Part shown: positions 47,256 to 62,756 of the stretch, piece after piece
How the letters are laid out: every line of letters begins with the position of its first letter
Position numbering within the stretch: position 1 is the stretch's first letter
DNA from: the human T2T-CHM13v2.0 reference genome, Homo sapiens
Reading direction: 5' to 3' (one strand)
Length of the DNA: 64,000 nt
NCBI RefSeq assembly: GCF_009914755.1
Contig: NC_060947.1
Program-made: the position numbers and the translations under genes
Notes under the pieces: model-generated
Told to the model about the DNA's origin: nothing
Database searches by the model: none
The model's input: only the letters and a program-made list of their open reading frames with translations

Positions 47256-49914
47256 TTCAGGTAATGGTGGTCTCATGACTTTCAGAGTGGCTGACACTAA
47301 CAAAGATCTTAACGCTAACTTCAAAAAGAATTTAAGACTAAGTACCAATCTTCCTGGGATGTTCAAGGAGGTTACCTTTTGTCTAAAACACAATCGTATT
47401 TTTTTCCATGTGATTCACACATTACCAGAGGTCTCTGACTTCCTTTTGAGTGTCTACATATTTCAGCAAAAATTTTTAAATATTACACTTTCTACTAACA
47501 CCCCCCAGAGAAGAAGTACATAGAAAGGACTATTGAGACCATTATGACTCTCCTGTAACAAGAATCTGCTTGTCTGAGACCACCACAGGAGGCAGAATGA
47601 ATGGTACTTCTCTGTTGATTTTCTTAAGGATCCTAATCCAATTACCTTCAGTTCTCAAGTCAAAATAAGACTTTCCTGGACAAAGATAGAAGTGAATTCA
47701 TTCGGACAAGTGAAGTCTGTTGGTTCAAAACCAAACCCCAAACCATCATGCATATGTATCTTTCTTTATATAACAGACTTGTTTCTAAATGTGCTGCACG
47801 TGAAAAGGCTTTTTAAAAATAAATTGGCCCACATTTTAAGCACGCCAGAGGAGCTTGCTATTTAAAGGAAACTCTGTCAGACATTTTGTACAGCAAATAA
47901 CCACCCATTAATTTATTTGCAAAATTTGGATTTCCACACATTGCTTTTACTTTAAGGGAAAAATGGTAACATATTTTCTACCAATTCCCAGAAGTACAAA
48001 ATCATGACCAGATCATGCCAGAATCTTATCATTTCTGCATTATAGCAACAATCAGCTAGAATTGTCTCAGTTCCTGGTTACTGACACATAGTGCCATAGA
48101 ATCTCAAAAGGCCTTGACAATCAGGATCCCACTCTACAACAGATCTAAAATAAGCTACCACCCCAGAACCAAGACTACCAAAAAAATGACCAAGCTGGCC
48201 ACAGAGATATTTTTATGCCTATTCCAAGCACAGATCACAGATCATATACCAGGTAAAGGTACACATTCTAATCAGAGGGATAAATGCTAGAATCATGTGC
48301 CAAAAGTGGCACCAAATGTGGCACCCAAGATGGCTGCAGGACACTTACATTCTAGTGCAATCAACAACGTGTGAATGGGCCAACATACACTGGAGTCACT
48401 GGTAAACGGCAGCCAAATTTTCCACAGGGGATGTCTGGAAGCCAGGAGGGAGAGAGCAGCAGTCCAATTTAGAATTACTGAGCTGGGGGATATTTAGAAG
48501 GAATGAGATGAAGAAAGAGAAGTTTTCTCACCCTTTCCCAGGCAGCCAGCACCTTGTCCCATTTACTGCCCTAAGTTTTTTCTACTTTTTACAACTTCTT
48601 TATACTTTTTGATATTTCAGAAGCCACAGGCATCCAAAACCCCACATTTCCTGACAGCTCTCTCTCTCTGCCTGCTTCCAGCTTACCCACCAAACAAACC
48701 CTTCAGAGTTTCTCATCTTTGTTAACATGTACAGGACTCAAATGGTAGGATTAATTTCGTCTAATTTAAACAATAATTCACTTTGAATATTTACGTATAG
48801 GCTCCTTTCTCCTATCAAGGATTTGGGATAGCTTTCATTTGAAAACAGAAAACAACAGAAGAGAACGATAAACACAACTTTGGGAGTTTTGTGAGACAAG
48901 ATCTTGCTATATTGCCCAGGCTGGTCTTGAACTCCTGGGCACAAGAGATCCTCCTGCCTCAGCCTCCTGAGTCGCTAGGACTGCAGGCATGTGCCACCGC
49001 TCCCAGCCGAAACACAATTCTACAATGGCAATTTTAAGGGGATGGGGTGTAATGAGGGTGGAGAACAAAGCAACATAGTTCAGCTGGGTAGTATTTCTGG
49101 TGAATGGACTAAATACAGGGATATAACTTAGAGAATCCTGGGGAATAAGTGGTAAATTTATGCCTTTGACTCTCCCTCTCAAATATCAATTGTCTCAGTC
49201 AGTCTTTCACTGAGAGAACAGGGGTGTACTTGAACTGGGCTATAATTGGGGAGATTTCCCTTAGGTGGTAAATAATTAAGTGCCAAACTGAGTGGCAGTC
49301 AGTGCTCTCAGAGATCAGAGGCAGAGAGATCACTGGGCACTGTAGCAACTGGGAAAGTTTTCCTGGAGCAAGCCAGAGAAGAGAAGGCTGGAATTCTGCA
49401 TGCCTGAATGACTTATTTTCCACTACTGTTTCTCAGTGATCATGCCTACCCTCCCAGAAGCTTGGTAAAAAGGGAGCCTGTTTCTCATACAGCTACTCAG
49501 CAAATGAACGAACATCCCATCTCATAAAAATTTCAGGAGATTAAATCTAAATCTTTATACCTGATAAGTGAAAACATTTGGCTATTTGGGGTCTAGAGGA
49601 GTCAAATGTTGGCGACTATAATTGCATGGCTTTCACTAGGATGGAAGCAACTGCCCCTGAAATGATCTGTTGTCTGTAGCCCGGGAAACTGTGTCTATAA
49701 CTTGCTCAGGTGCCTTAACTCTTGGCAGAACTGATGTTCAAGAGTCCTGAGGTATGTATGGGGTCATAGGCTGGGTTCCCTACCAAGGTGCATATCTGTC
49801 TAAAGACCCTACTTCTCACCCTACCTGATTTGGCCTGCCAGAGACCACACATATTTACACATGTATTCAACACAGCTCTCACCAGAAGGACATCTAATAT
49901 GTACTAAAAATAAT

Positions 49915-50150
49915 TAAAAATAGGTAACACTTCCATAGCACTTATTGTGTGCCAAGAGCTATTCTAAGCTCATTACATATATTAAATCATTAATCCTCAT
50001 GAGGTAAATATTGTTATTATTGCCATTTCACAGATGAGAAAACTGAGGCACAGAGAAGTAAAGGGACTCGCCATGAGTTTCACAGTCAATACATGGCAAA
50101 GCGGCAATTTCAACCCAAGCTGTCTGGCTTCAGAGTCTTTGCTTTTAACA
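49915..50150 (-). mobile_element. MIR
   Basis: ccatttcacagatgagaaaactgaggcacagagaagt. Confidence 0.8.
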
Positions 50151-50381
50151 ATTACATTATGCTTTCTGGTCTGTAGAGCAAGAGGCAAAGGACTAACTAT
50201 CCTGTATTATGCACGTTGGTTCAGATGGCATATAACATATAGCCCAGATAGCAGGGTGATTATCAAAAGAACACATACTAGGCTACCAACTACATGTTAT
50301 AATTTGAGAAGAGCTGGACAGGATCTCCTGCCCAAAAATCTCTCTCGCCTCCTGCAAAAATACCCCAAATTTCCACCATTA

Positions 50382-50789
<408 letters not shown>

Positions 50790-51817
50790 TTATCAGGCAT
50801 CTACAGTGTGATTTTTAAAACAGTAAATTGGGCTTCCAGTTAGAAGAGGGGTTCTAATTCTGACTCTGTCAATTATTACCTATGTGACCTTGGGCAAAAC
50901 AAGTGGATCTTGGTTTCTTTATCTGTTAAATGGCAATGCTAACACCTTCTGCAACTCCCTCATGGGATTGTCATTGGAATTTAATGGTTGCAAAAGCATT
51001 TTGCAGACTTTAAAAGATTATACAACTATAAGGTATTATTGTGATCAGCTAAACCTCTGGTAAGATTAGATAAGTTAGTTAACAACCAGAGAAATGTATG
51101 CAGCCAGTTTAAGGTGGATAGACCAACAAGGCATAGTCCAAAACAGAATTATGTCACAAGCTAGGCATGGTGGTACATGCCTGTAGTTCCAGCTACTCAG
51201 GAGGCTGAAGTGGAAGAATCACCTGAGCCCAGGAGTTCAAGGTTCAAGACCAGCCTCACAACATAGTGAGACCCCATCACACACACACATACACACACAC
51301 ATGAATTATGTCACAGGCAATTCAAAACTGTCAGCCTGGGCAGAGATGGCCACCACCTGAGTGAGTCTCTTCAGGCAGGCTAACACTTTAGCATGAATCT
51401 CCTCTGGTTGTCCCTGGCTCTTCTTGGCTTTGGCCTCTATGACCGGATACTCTGGATTGGCATTTCAGGTTCCAGAGCCCCAGGCTTGGTCTTAGGTTCT
51501 AGGTCTTAGTGCTCTTTTGTGAACTTTCTCCTCTAGTGTGCTGGTTCTGGCAGCAGCTCCACCTGTGGTCCAATACAGCTTTCCACTGACTTCCTCAACT
51601 CACTCAGCCTTCCAGTTACAGCAACGCCCCAGATCCTTGCTTATCTGCCTCAGTCAACAAGTATCTATTAAGTGCCTGTTATGTGACAGGAACAGTGTCC
51701 CTCCACCAGGTAAGTGGTTTCTATGTCTGTAACAGCAGGGAACTGGAGGTGACAGGCAGGGCACAGGGGCACCAAGATGCAGGAGAGGAACATGGAAAAG
51801 TAAAAGGCAAAAAAGCA

Positions 51818-52170
<353 letters not shown>

Positions 52171-53299
52171 TTACAGAGGGAACTTGATGAAGCATTTACT
52201 GTGTGTTGCACACTTGGGACAGGTAGAAAGACATGCTCCCTGAACTAGAAAGACAATATAATGGGGGTAAATAGACAATTACAACTCTCTGCAAGGGCCT
52301 AAGCACCTCTAAGGAAATATCATTTTGTAAAGAATCTCTCTTTCTTTGGTCACCAGTTTCTCCCCCTAAAGTTGCTAAAGCCTAAAAGGCCTTAGGTAAA
52401 ACATAATACAGCAGTTTGAATTGAGGTGCCAATGCTGTGTTTGAAATATAAATTGTGATAGGCTACTTTTTTCTGCCATATATATTTTCCCCTCATTTCT
52501 TTTTTAAGTTTTATTGGGATATAACCTACATACAGTAAAGTGCACAAATCTCAAGTGAATCACTCAATAAAATTTTACTTATGTGTATACCCATGTAACC
52601 ACTACCCACATCAAGCTAGAAAATATTATAGCACACCAGAAACCTCTCTTGTACCACAAGATCAATCCCATCTGCACCACAATGAAGTAACCACTATTTT
52701 GATCTCACGTAATAGTCTTTTTATGTTTTTTTAGCACTGGGGAGTTAGATTTGTCTGGGGAGCTCCAGCTCCTGAATACTGGACCTTCTTCAATGTACTT
52801 GGGCAGCCCAACCCCTAAATATTTTGCCATCTTCAATGTGCTCAGGCTGCTCAGACTATTTTTCTGACTATTCTCCCTCCTCCATAACAACATCCAGCTG
52901 TCACTAAAAGGAGGGAAAGCCAGAGGAAACAGACACAAATAAGGTTTATTCCACTGTTGGAACTTACTGACAAAGTGTTATCACTTTGCTAGAGGGCCAA
53001 GAAAGGACTCAGCTTTGTTTGAGAGCCCATGGGGTATTTAGGACAACTCCACCTAATCTGTTACCCTATTAACAGCATGCCTCACTTGAAGCAGAATGAA
53101 AATGTCACCCTTATTTTCCCTTTGGGTTAGAGAATGTCCCTTTATCTTCTCCACTGGAACTCAGGAGAATGGAGGGTATCATCAAATTTGCTTGTGCTCT
53201 CTCCATACACTGTGAATCTGTGTCGTGCTCTAAAGGTCCACCCATCTAACAAGGCTGCTCTTTGCTTCACCTGTGCAATGAAGGAATGAGTATATAATC

Positions 53300-54660
53300 A
53301 AACCAACACATAATAGAAGCAATCGTTACACAATATCAACGATAATGAAGGTTGATACATGATACAATGGGATACAAGAGGAAGGAGAATCTGAGTGCAA
53401 AAATCCTTCCCAGAGGAAGCTGTGCTTGGGTTCATTTGAAAGAGGGAACAGCGGCCAGGTGCGGTGACTCACGTCTGTAATCCCAGCACTTTGGGAGGCC
53501 AAGGTGGGTGATCATGAGGTCAGGAGTTCAAGACCAGCCTGGCCAAAATGGTGAAACCCCGTCTCTACTAAAACTACAAAACTTAGCTGTGCGTGGTGGC
53601 AGGCGCCTGTAATCCCAGCTACTCGGAAGGTGGAGAATTGCTTGAACCCAGGAGGCGGGGGTTTCAGTGAGGCGAGATCGCGCCACTGCCCTCCAGCCTG
53701 GGCAACAGAGCGAGCTCCGTCTCAAAAAAAAAAAAAGAAAAGAAGGAAGGGAGGGAGGGAGGGAGGGAGGAAGGAAGGAAGGAAGGAAGGAAGAAAGAAA
53801 GAGAGAAAGAAAGAAAAAAGGGGGAACAGCATTGGCATAGGTTTGGATATATGAAAGGACATGGAATTATCTGGGGACTCAGCTCAATGTTGCTACAGCA
53901 TGAAAAGATAGATGTAGAGGAGATAACGCTAGAGAAAAAGATAAAGCCCAGATCATGAAGGACTTTATATGACCTACAAAGAAGTTTAGATTTATACCAT
54001 AGGCAATGGAGAACCACAAAACTAAAGAATTTCGACTTCGAGAATGACCCAAACAGATTTGTATTTTTTAAAAGTTACTCTTCCAGCAGTGTGGAGAACT
54101 TAATAAAATAGGGGTGAAACTGAAGACTGCTGCAATGATCCAGTGGGGGCCTGATGAGATGCCTATAGAACATTCAAGTGGAGATATTCTATAGGTAGTC
54201 AGACATGCAGGTTTGGAGCTTAGAAAACTGGGCTAAAGTTAAGCTTCAGAGTCACATGTATATAAATGATCGTGTTTAGACTGTTCAGGGAGAAATACAG
54301 GACAGAGTACAAGGCCAAGGTTAGAGCTTTGTGAAACAACACTGAAGGTGTCAGCCAAGGAAGAGGAGCCAGAGAATGAGGTAAGAGGTAAGATAAATAA
54401 ACAAAAATCAAAGATTATCACAGAAGCCAAAAGAGGGAAGATTTTTGAAGAAGGAGTGGTTAATATTTCGTATGCTGTAATGCATTGCAAGATAAGAAAA
54501 CTGTCCAGTGGTTTGGCAATATGGAGGTCACTGGTGACCTTAGTGAGAACAGTGTCAGTACTAGATCACAACACATTAAAGAGTGAACGGGAGTGAGGAA
54601 GCAGAGGCAAGTAGTTAGCTTAGCTAGAGCAGGAAGAAAGGAAACAGAATATCTAGAGGG
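53300..54660 (-). mobile_element. L2 relic interrupted by an AluS (53453-53740, plus strand) with a (GGGA/GGAA)n tail
   Basis: ggcaatggagaacca; ggtttggcaatatggaggtcactggtgaccttagtgagaacagtgtcagt. Confidence 0.7.
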
Positions 54661-56807
54661 GAAAACCATAGCTAAAAGGGGCCGTGCATACGATGGTATA
54701 TAACATTGCCAGAAAATATTATTCCACTGGAGGTGTTGTAAAATGGAGCCAGGTATCTGATTAAATACTGGCCAAAATAACTTTTAAGACAGAGATTTTA
54801 TGATTCCTGCCGATAAAGGGTGATATGGCTGGAGCTTCCAACATAAAGGTTTTCTCAGGTTCAGAGGAGCTTCCTGAACTGTCAAGGTGGAACAAAAAAA
54901 AATTAAATACATTTATTGCTGTAAATATAAAAAATGATTGGACAGTGAGAATGCAACAGAAACCATTTTTAGGCCTTTGGTTTTTAAAGGCCTAAAAGGC
55001 TAAACAAAAACACAACCTATGCAAAGGTAGGATACAAATCATTTGTCTTTCTAGGATTTTACCGATTTGGTGTATAGATAGAATTTTTAAAATCCTGTGT
55101 GGCTGCAATTTACTGACAGAAAAAACAAGTTAAAATGCAGTGGCCCAGTCCGGTATGGTGATGCGTGGCTGTAGGCCCAGCTACTCGGGAGGATCACTTG
55201 AGCCCAGGAATTCAGGACCAGCCTAGGCAACATGGCAAGTGACTCTGTCTCTTTAAAAAGGCCTATAATTTATTATTTAACATACTTCTTTTATTGTTTG
55301 TTTTAGAGACAGGGTCTCACCATCTTGTCCAGGCTGATCTCAAACTCAAGCGATCCTCCTGCTTCAGCCTCCCAAAGTGCTGGGATTACAGGCGGGAGCT
55401 ACCACACCTGGCCTATTTTTCTTACTAAGTACATGAAAACATCTTTAACATCTTCACAACATGGGCTAGGAAGATATGTAATTAAAACTGAGAGCTAAAA
55501 CTCATGGATGATTCATATATTCAGTCAACAAATATTTATGGAGCACCTATATGAGCCAGGCATTGCTCTAGTCACTGGATGTTAACAACAACAACAACAA
55601 AAGATGTATTTTTGGCTCTTGGTACAATGAGCAAGAAAAAAAAAACGATGTTTATGTAATTCTTTCTGAAACTTGATCAACACAGTTAGAAGAACTGCCA
55701 TCTTTTCCAACATATTTGGGTTTGTGGTAATTTATATTTAAGGCCATATTTATCTTACTATATTTAAAGCATGGTATATTAGGACAGGGGGACCATAAAG
55801 GATCACTGGCCTATCCTATCCCATTTCACAGATGGCAAAATTGAAGTGACAAGAAGTTTAAAATACAACTTTCAACTATTAGAGCCAGGGTTAGAACCCA
55901 GAATTCAGCACTCTCTCTACCAATGAAAATCACACAGATAAAACCACATCTCTCCCCAACATCTGCACTCACCTCTACTACCTCTTTTGATCAGTTTTTC
56001 AATAATCAGTTCTACATTTTTCTCTAAAATAAATAACAAAGTGTCTATGACTCTATGACCCTTGGGCACTTGGCCCAGATTTAAAACATAGAGCTTAGTA
56101 ACTGCAAACATCTCTCATCAATGCCTTCGTTATTGGGAGGTGGGAGTGGGGGCAGCTGGCAAAGATTGCCTAGCTTTGGGCATTTAGCTAAAAAGGCCAA
56201 AATTCCAGGAAGATATTGGGGATGTTTTATCTTCATTGTCTGGCTTCTAGGGAGGAGAATGTGTTGTCTTAAAATTTCTATTCAGAATTTTAATTAAATT
56301 GTGGCCTGTGGCAAAATAGAAAGACATTAAAATCAAATACTAGTGTCTTTTTGCTTATTTTATGGGCTCTCATCTCTGACTAGTTCTTGCTGAAATAATT
56401 AAATGTCTTTTCAGCAAATGGACTGTTCAGGCTATTTAGTTTAATGTTTCTTATAACCTGGCAAGTATGTGCTTTATAATTCAGTAATTTCTGTTCTTCT
56501 CCCACCCCCATTGCCACATATACACTTTTCTCCTCTCTCCCCACACAGCCTGGCTAGAAGGTTTCTGTCCATCAGAATGGCATGAATGCGCCTGAAGGCC
56601 AAAGCCTCCTCACACAGACTGGTGGAGATTGCTGGAGGCTAAGCACATTGCATTTGACATTAATGGGTCAGAGGTGCTTCTAGATTGAAATTGGTGAAGG
56701 TGGGGAGAATTCACAGTGTAGTTAATGAGGCCTCTTGGTCTGAGACTGACGCCTGAAATCTCATCTTTACTGATCCATTGTATTGCATGAAGGGAAAACT
56801 GCTCTTA

Positions 56808-57177
<370 letters not shown>

Positions 57178-58062
57178 TTACCTGGAGGGAGTAGGAGAGA
57201 TGCTGTTCTTCTGTCTAGTACAACACCATTATACACGCTTTGGTGATAAAGTCAAAGCCTGAGGCACAGTCTGAAATGGGGAGATTTAGTCAAAGGGGTC
57301 TAACTGCCTGCATAACAAAGTAGAAAGGAGAACTTTCTCGGGATAAAGAGATTGTTCTTGTGCAAAATTATTTTTGCTTCCCCTGAACAGAGCCCCAGAA
57401 ATAGGAGCTGGAAAGAGAGTGCAAGAAGAGAGGATGAAGATGGTAAAAAATTAACTGTGTAATTCTAATAGCTAACTTCCAGTGCATGTTTACTATGTTC
57501 TTCCAGGCATGGGGCTAAGTGCCTTTCCACATTACTTCATTCAATCTTCCTAACAGTCTTATGAAATAGTGACCATTAGTCTCTTCATTTTGCAGATCTG
57601 TAAGTTGTAGTTCAGTGACATTATATGACTTACTGAAGATCTCACAGATACTAAGTAACAGAGTGGGCAGTCATACTTGTCTCCCCCTCTAACTTCTCCA
57701 AATGAAAGGGGGAAATAGTGTGAACATTCAAAATCTGGGCCTACAAGCTCTTAGGTTCACTTCACCTGAATAATAACATTGATAACAATGTTCGCAATAG
57801 GCTGACAGGTATTGGGTGCTCATTATGTGCTAAACACTGTGCTAAGCATTGTACACAAGTCAGTTCATTTACTCCTCATAACAACACTGTGGGGAAAATA
57901 TTTTAATTCACTCTATTTTACAAATGAAAAAAAAATGAAGTCTTCAAGGTTAAGCAACTTGCCCTAGCTAGGAAATGGAAAAGCTGTGGAGTAAGAGCAG
58001 CCCCCCACAACATGGTGGGATACTAGGGCCTAACAAGAGAGCGAGCTACCAGTAGGACATTC

Positions 58063-58492
58063 TTTATAGAGACAGAAGACAGCCAAGGGTCCCCTAGAGA
58101 AACTGCGCCTTCAAGCCTAAAACAGCCTGAAGGCTGAAAAACTGGACTGCTGGACTGGGATGAAGCCCACCCTTTCCTAACTGATTCTTTCTGAATAAGG
58201 CCACCACCTGCGCACTGGGAGCATAGGGTGGCGCCTCGGGAAGTTCTCACCCCTTGCAGGTGGGAGGAGCCTGGCCTTTCCTGTTCCTGTGTAGTGACCT
58301 GGGATTCAATCTGTGAGGCAGGAAACCTGCTAGCAGGACTCTCTCTCGCTTCGCTAAGAGCTATTTTTTATTTTTCTTTTTGCCTAATAAATTCCATTTT
58401 CCTCACCCTTCTATGTGTCGGTGAGCCTAATCTTTCTTGGTCATGTGACAAGAGCCCAGTTTTAGCTGAACTAAGGAGAAAGTACTGCAACA
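58063..58492 (+). mobile_element. MER61-like ERV1 solo LTR
   Basis: gagacagaagacagccaagggtcccc...cttcaagcctaaaacagcctgaaggctgaaaa...tagctgaactaaggagaaagtactgcaaca; ~430 bp; TSD attc. Confidence 0.7.
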
Positions 58493-59879
58493 ATTCTTTA
58501 TAATAGGATGTGGCCAGGAATCTTCTGGAACCCTGATATTTTATATCAAATTTTACATTGCTCCTACTCTATACTGTGATTTATCCTGAAAAAGTAAAGC
58601 TTGTAACATTTATACCCTATGCAGTGGAGACATAATAGAGAATTAAATATTTCAGTGTTGGGATAAGGACTGCTAAAAACAGAGAAAAGAAAAAAAGAAA
58701 TATTTGGTGAATGAATGAATGAATGAGTTCTATTTATCATCAGTAGTTTTCCATTTTTAAATTCTGCTGCCCTGTAAGCTCCATCTCTATGATGAGTTGA
58801 ATCCTTTTACATGAGTTTTGAATGCACCAAAGTTTTGAATAATGAAAGGTAATGAATAAGGGAAAGGACGTATTTGTGCTTAGATAAATAAGACGTGGAA
58901 AAATCTAAAAGGAAATAGCTCTCCCAGGGCTCTCATTGTCTTGGTAAGGGGAAATCTGCTGTGAGAGCCAGGCATCCAAGGAGAGAAGAAAAGTAAAGAA
59001 TGCCAAGAGGAAGGGTGGAAGTGAGCTAAAAGGGAACCAACACTTACTGAGTGCCAATACCAGGCCCTTTTATATACTATAACTCGTGTAATTCTCACAG
59101 GTAATTCTCACAGCAATCCCAATATCTCTATTTTATGAATAACAAAATTTAGAATCAAAAATTAAATAACTTGCCCAAAGACTCACATATAGAAAGAGAT
59201 GGAGCTGGGGTTTCATCTCTGATCTGACTTTGAGTTTGAACTCTGTCTAGAACACTCACTGCCTCTTCAAGTAGAGAGTTGAAAGCTGAAGGGCATTTAA
59301 ATTAAGTGAAGAAAAGAAAACATTTCAGGCTTAGAAAGACAAAATATATGGCAAAGAACTTGTGGAAAAGTTCAAACCAAAAAACAAAAAAAGACCTTAG
59401 GAAGCTGAAAGGCAGGCTTTGACTAAGATAACCTTTAGGAAAGCAGTAAAGCCTGGAACTCTAAATTCTCTGTTATCAGTATTTCCTCACTCGGTAATTG
59501 TAGCAACTCAGCTGGAGCAAAAGAGTAACAGCTGTGGCCAAAAAGGCAGACCAGAGCAAGCAATGCAAGATGGTGGCGGGTAAAGACAGCAGTGTCCCCA
59601 AGCCTACCGCTCAGAGACCTTTCCCTAGCCTTTGAATGGCAGAAGGGATGGCAGGGCTTACTGTCAGCCCACAGCATCTACCCCTCACCTCTCTTGACTT
59701 TATTCCTGATAATCCGGCCCTGCACATACAGCTATCAACAATTAGTTTTTTTGGAGCCTCACAGTTTTCGGTCTTCTTTTCAGGATTACACCAGGTCATG
59801 CAAGTCGTATCTGGCCCTTGGAAATAAACACTGTTCCCTACATCTAAAATACCCACTTCACTTGTGTTTTTCCAGTTCC

Positions 59880-60250
59880 TCCAAGGAGTATATGTCAAGA
59901 CCATATTAAACATGGAAAGATGGTATCAGGAGAAATGCCCGTATGAAAGAAAATCAGGAGGGAGCTATGATGAAAGTCTGACCCTGAATGAGGGAGAGGA
60001 AGAGGAGGTTGGGTGGAAGCATCCTAGACTATTGTGTAGACTAAAGAAGCTTCTGCAAATTCTTGAGCCAAATTTGCCCAACAAAGGTGTCCACATGTCG
60101 CCCAGGAATGAGTCTGTCTTACTCTCTCCACAGTACTCAGTTATGGGAGGCGACAGCCCATGGGAAGTGCCAGAACACAGCAGCTGAGGCCCTCTGTCAA
60201 TTACACTTTCTATTTTAGGAGGTCTTCCAGGCACATTCTAATGGCCCCAT
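59880..60250. mobile_element. Degenerate ERVL-type LTR (LTR33/LTR16-like)
   Basis: ggagaaatgcccgtatgaaag...gtctgaccctgaatgagggagaggaagaggaggttgggtggaagcatcctagact. Confidence 0.45.
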
Positions 60251-62756
60251 TAGAATCTTCTCTATCACTTCTTCTTCCACAAATCTAAGCTCAAGGATCA
60301 CTTTATAAGAGACACCTTTCCTGACCCCAACCCTCCACCCCAATCAAAGTAAACTTTCCTTCAGAGAAGTCATCTCAGTTTATATTTATATATTCATTAG
60401 TGTGATTATTAGATTAATGGCCATTTCCCTTGCTAAGTTTTAAACTCCGCGAGTGCAGGGACCATGACTGTCTTTTTCACTGCTTTGTCCTCAGTGCCAA
60501 CCACAGTGACTAATAGGTACTCAATGAATGTATGTTGAATGAATGGATGTGCATAAATAAATGTCAATGAACAGATATGGGTTAAATAACCAATTATGCT
60601 CCTCAACCTAATGGAAACTATATAAAACCCAGGGCTAGGATGAGGCAGACATAGCTTTAAGAGTTGGCAGTGAATATGTAGGTAGGTTCAGGATAAAATG
60701 GCGACCAAGGATTCTCAAGCTGACATGAGCAAATACAAGCTGAGGCTGGCACTTGCTAGGCCGAACTGACTGGGATTCATGCCAGGGAAATTACGGTTAA
60801 AAAAAAAAGAAAGAAAGAAAGAAAGAATGACTAAGAAATAAGGCCATGCCAACAAAGTCTGTGGATCTTGGCCTTATTTTTAGCTCAGGTCTTCCCTGGT
60901 AGCCCCTCCTAGTCTTAAAGGGACCACATCCTCTGATGAGGAGAGACTGGGTTGGGTGATGGGGTGGTAGTCATTGCTTAACACCCGTCTATTGACAGCC
61001 CTACCATCCTCCAAGAGCTACTTGAAATTTCACCTTTCTGAGACTCAGCTTTCTCTTCTCAAAAAGGGACAAAATTTAACCTCATAGAATTCTTAGATTA
61101 GGATTAGAGAGAATAATATGATATTATTTCTAATAATATGTCATGGGATCCAACATACTTCCCTGCAAACTCTTCATATGTTTGTGCCAAAAATAAAAGA
61201 AAGAACAAAAATTAAAACAAAACAAAATCTTCCCAGTGATTCTCCTGATGAAAACATGGCTTTGGACACGAATATACACAAAATCTTCACACATTTCAAG
61301 ACATTTTGGAAATACCTTGTTAAAATGGACAATCCCTGATTTAGTGTACTCTGAGTATTGGCCTGTAGGTCAGAAGATGTAGAAAATCATAGAATTCTAG
61401 GATCTCTGAGCTGAGAGAGTCTTTTAAGATTAGTCCAGTTTGCAGTAGTGAGCTTCAAGGATGCCAGAGAAAATCACTCATTGTCAAGATCCCATGTATC
61501 TGTACATCTTCACAGATTGGGACTTTGAAAGACCGTTGCTAAAATTCATCCTCTTCTCCATAGCTGGAGCAAAATGTGAATTTAGTCCGCAGCCAAGTGT
61601 AATGAGGATAAAGCTAATTTCAGCCTGGGACTAGGGTATAAATTCATGCATATTTCTTAGAAAAGTCATGCTGCATCATTAGGGTAATTATTCAGCCAAC
61701 ACTGTTGCAAATCACATAAACAGTTAATCTGTTCCAATTTCTGATTGTAATTAAGTGATTATGTGGTCCTTAAAGTCCAGAGTCTTGTTCTATTCTTGTC
61801 TCTTTTACTGACTCACCGAGTGAGGGGACTAACTCATTTAACCTTTCTGTGTCTCATCATCTGTAAAATCTGGGCTACAAATACTTAAACTGTGTACAAA
61901 GCCATTTATACTTCAACAGTTCATTCAGAGCATAACACATCACCTCCTAAGTTAAAACAATAATGCTTTTGTTAAAACACATTAACTCCAAGATGGACTT
62001 CTATTGAATTTGTCAATTATTTCTTGGAGCCTACCACAGTGAGAACACAAGTCAGAATAAAATGCAGTTCCCGTCCTAAAATGGTGAGTCCCGAACACCA
62101 GTCCACAGACTTCAACTGGTCTGTGACAATGTTTTCACAAGTCCATGGCAAAATTTAAAGACAAACAAGAAGATAATGAAGGGAATGTTTCATGACTTTA
62201 AATTTACATTCAGTTTTAAAGACTTTCCTTTATTACAAGTCTATTATGAGTATTTCCTTTCCATTTTTTTTTCTTGGCAATGAAATGTTCTTTATTTTTT
62301 TGTGGCAGTTGTCTCTTTTTAACATCCTCACTTAGCATAACAAAAAAATTGGCAACTGCTGGTCGGTCTATTTTTTTTCTTTGAATTTTGTTGGTCTGTT
62401 AACTCAAGATGTATGTGAACCGCTAAATCACTTACCACCTACTTAAGGAATATGATTAATCCAGTTTATAGTTTAATCTAGAAAATTGCTTACATTTGTT
62501 ACTTAGAAGTTCTGTTCTGGGAATTGTTTGTATTTATAATTATGAGCTCCAGAAAAAGAAAACAGATTTTAAGCTCAAGATATTGCTTGAAAAACAAAAC
62601 AACACCAAAAGGAACAAAGCCAATAACAACCAAATGGTGTCAGTCACGTTAAAAGACCCTCAATAAATATTTGTTGAATATGTAAATAAATTATCAACTG
62701 AAACAAATATAGATTCAAATAATATCTAGCCAGCAGCTACTAAAAAAACAAGCCTG

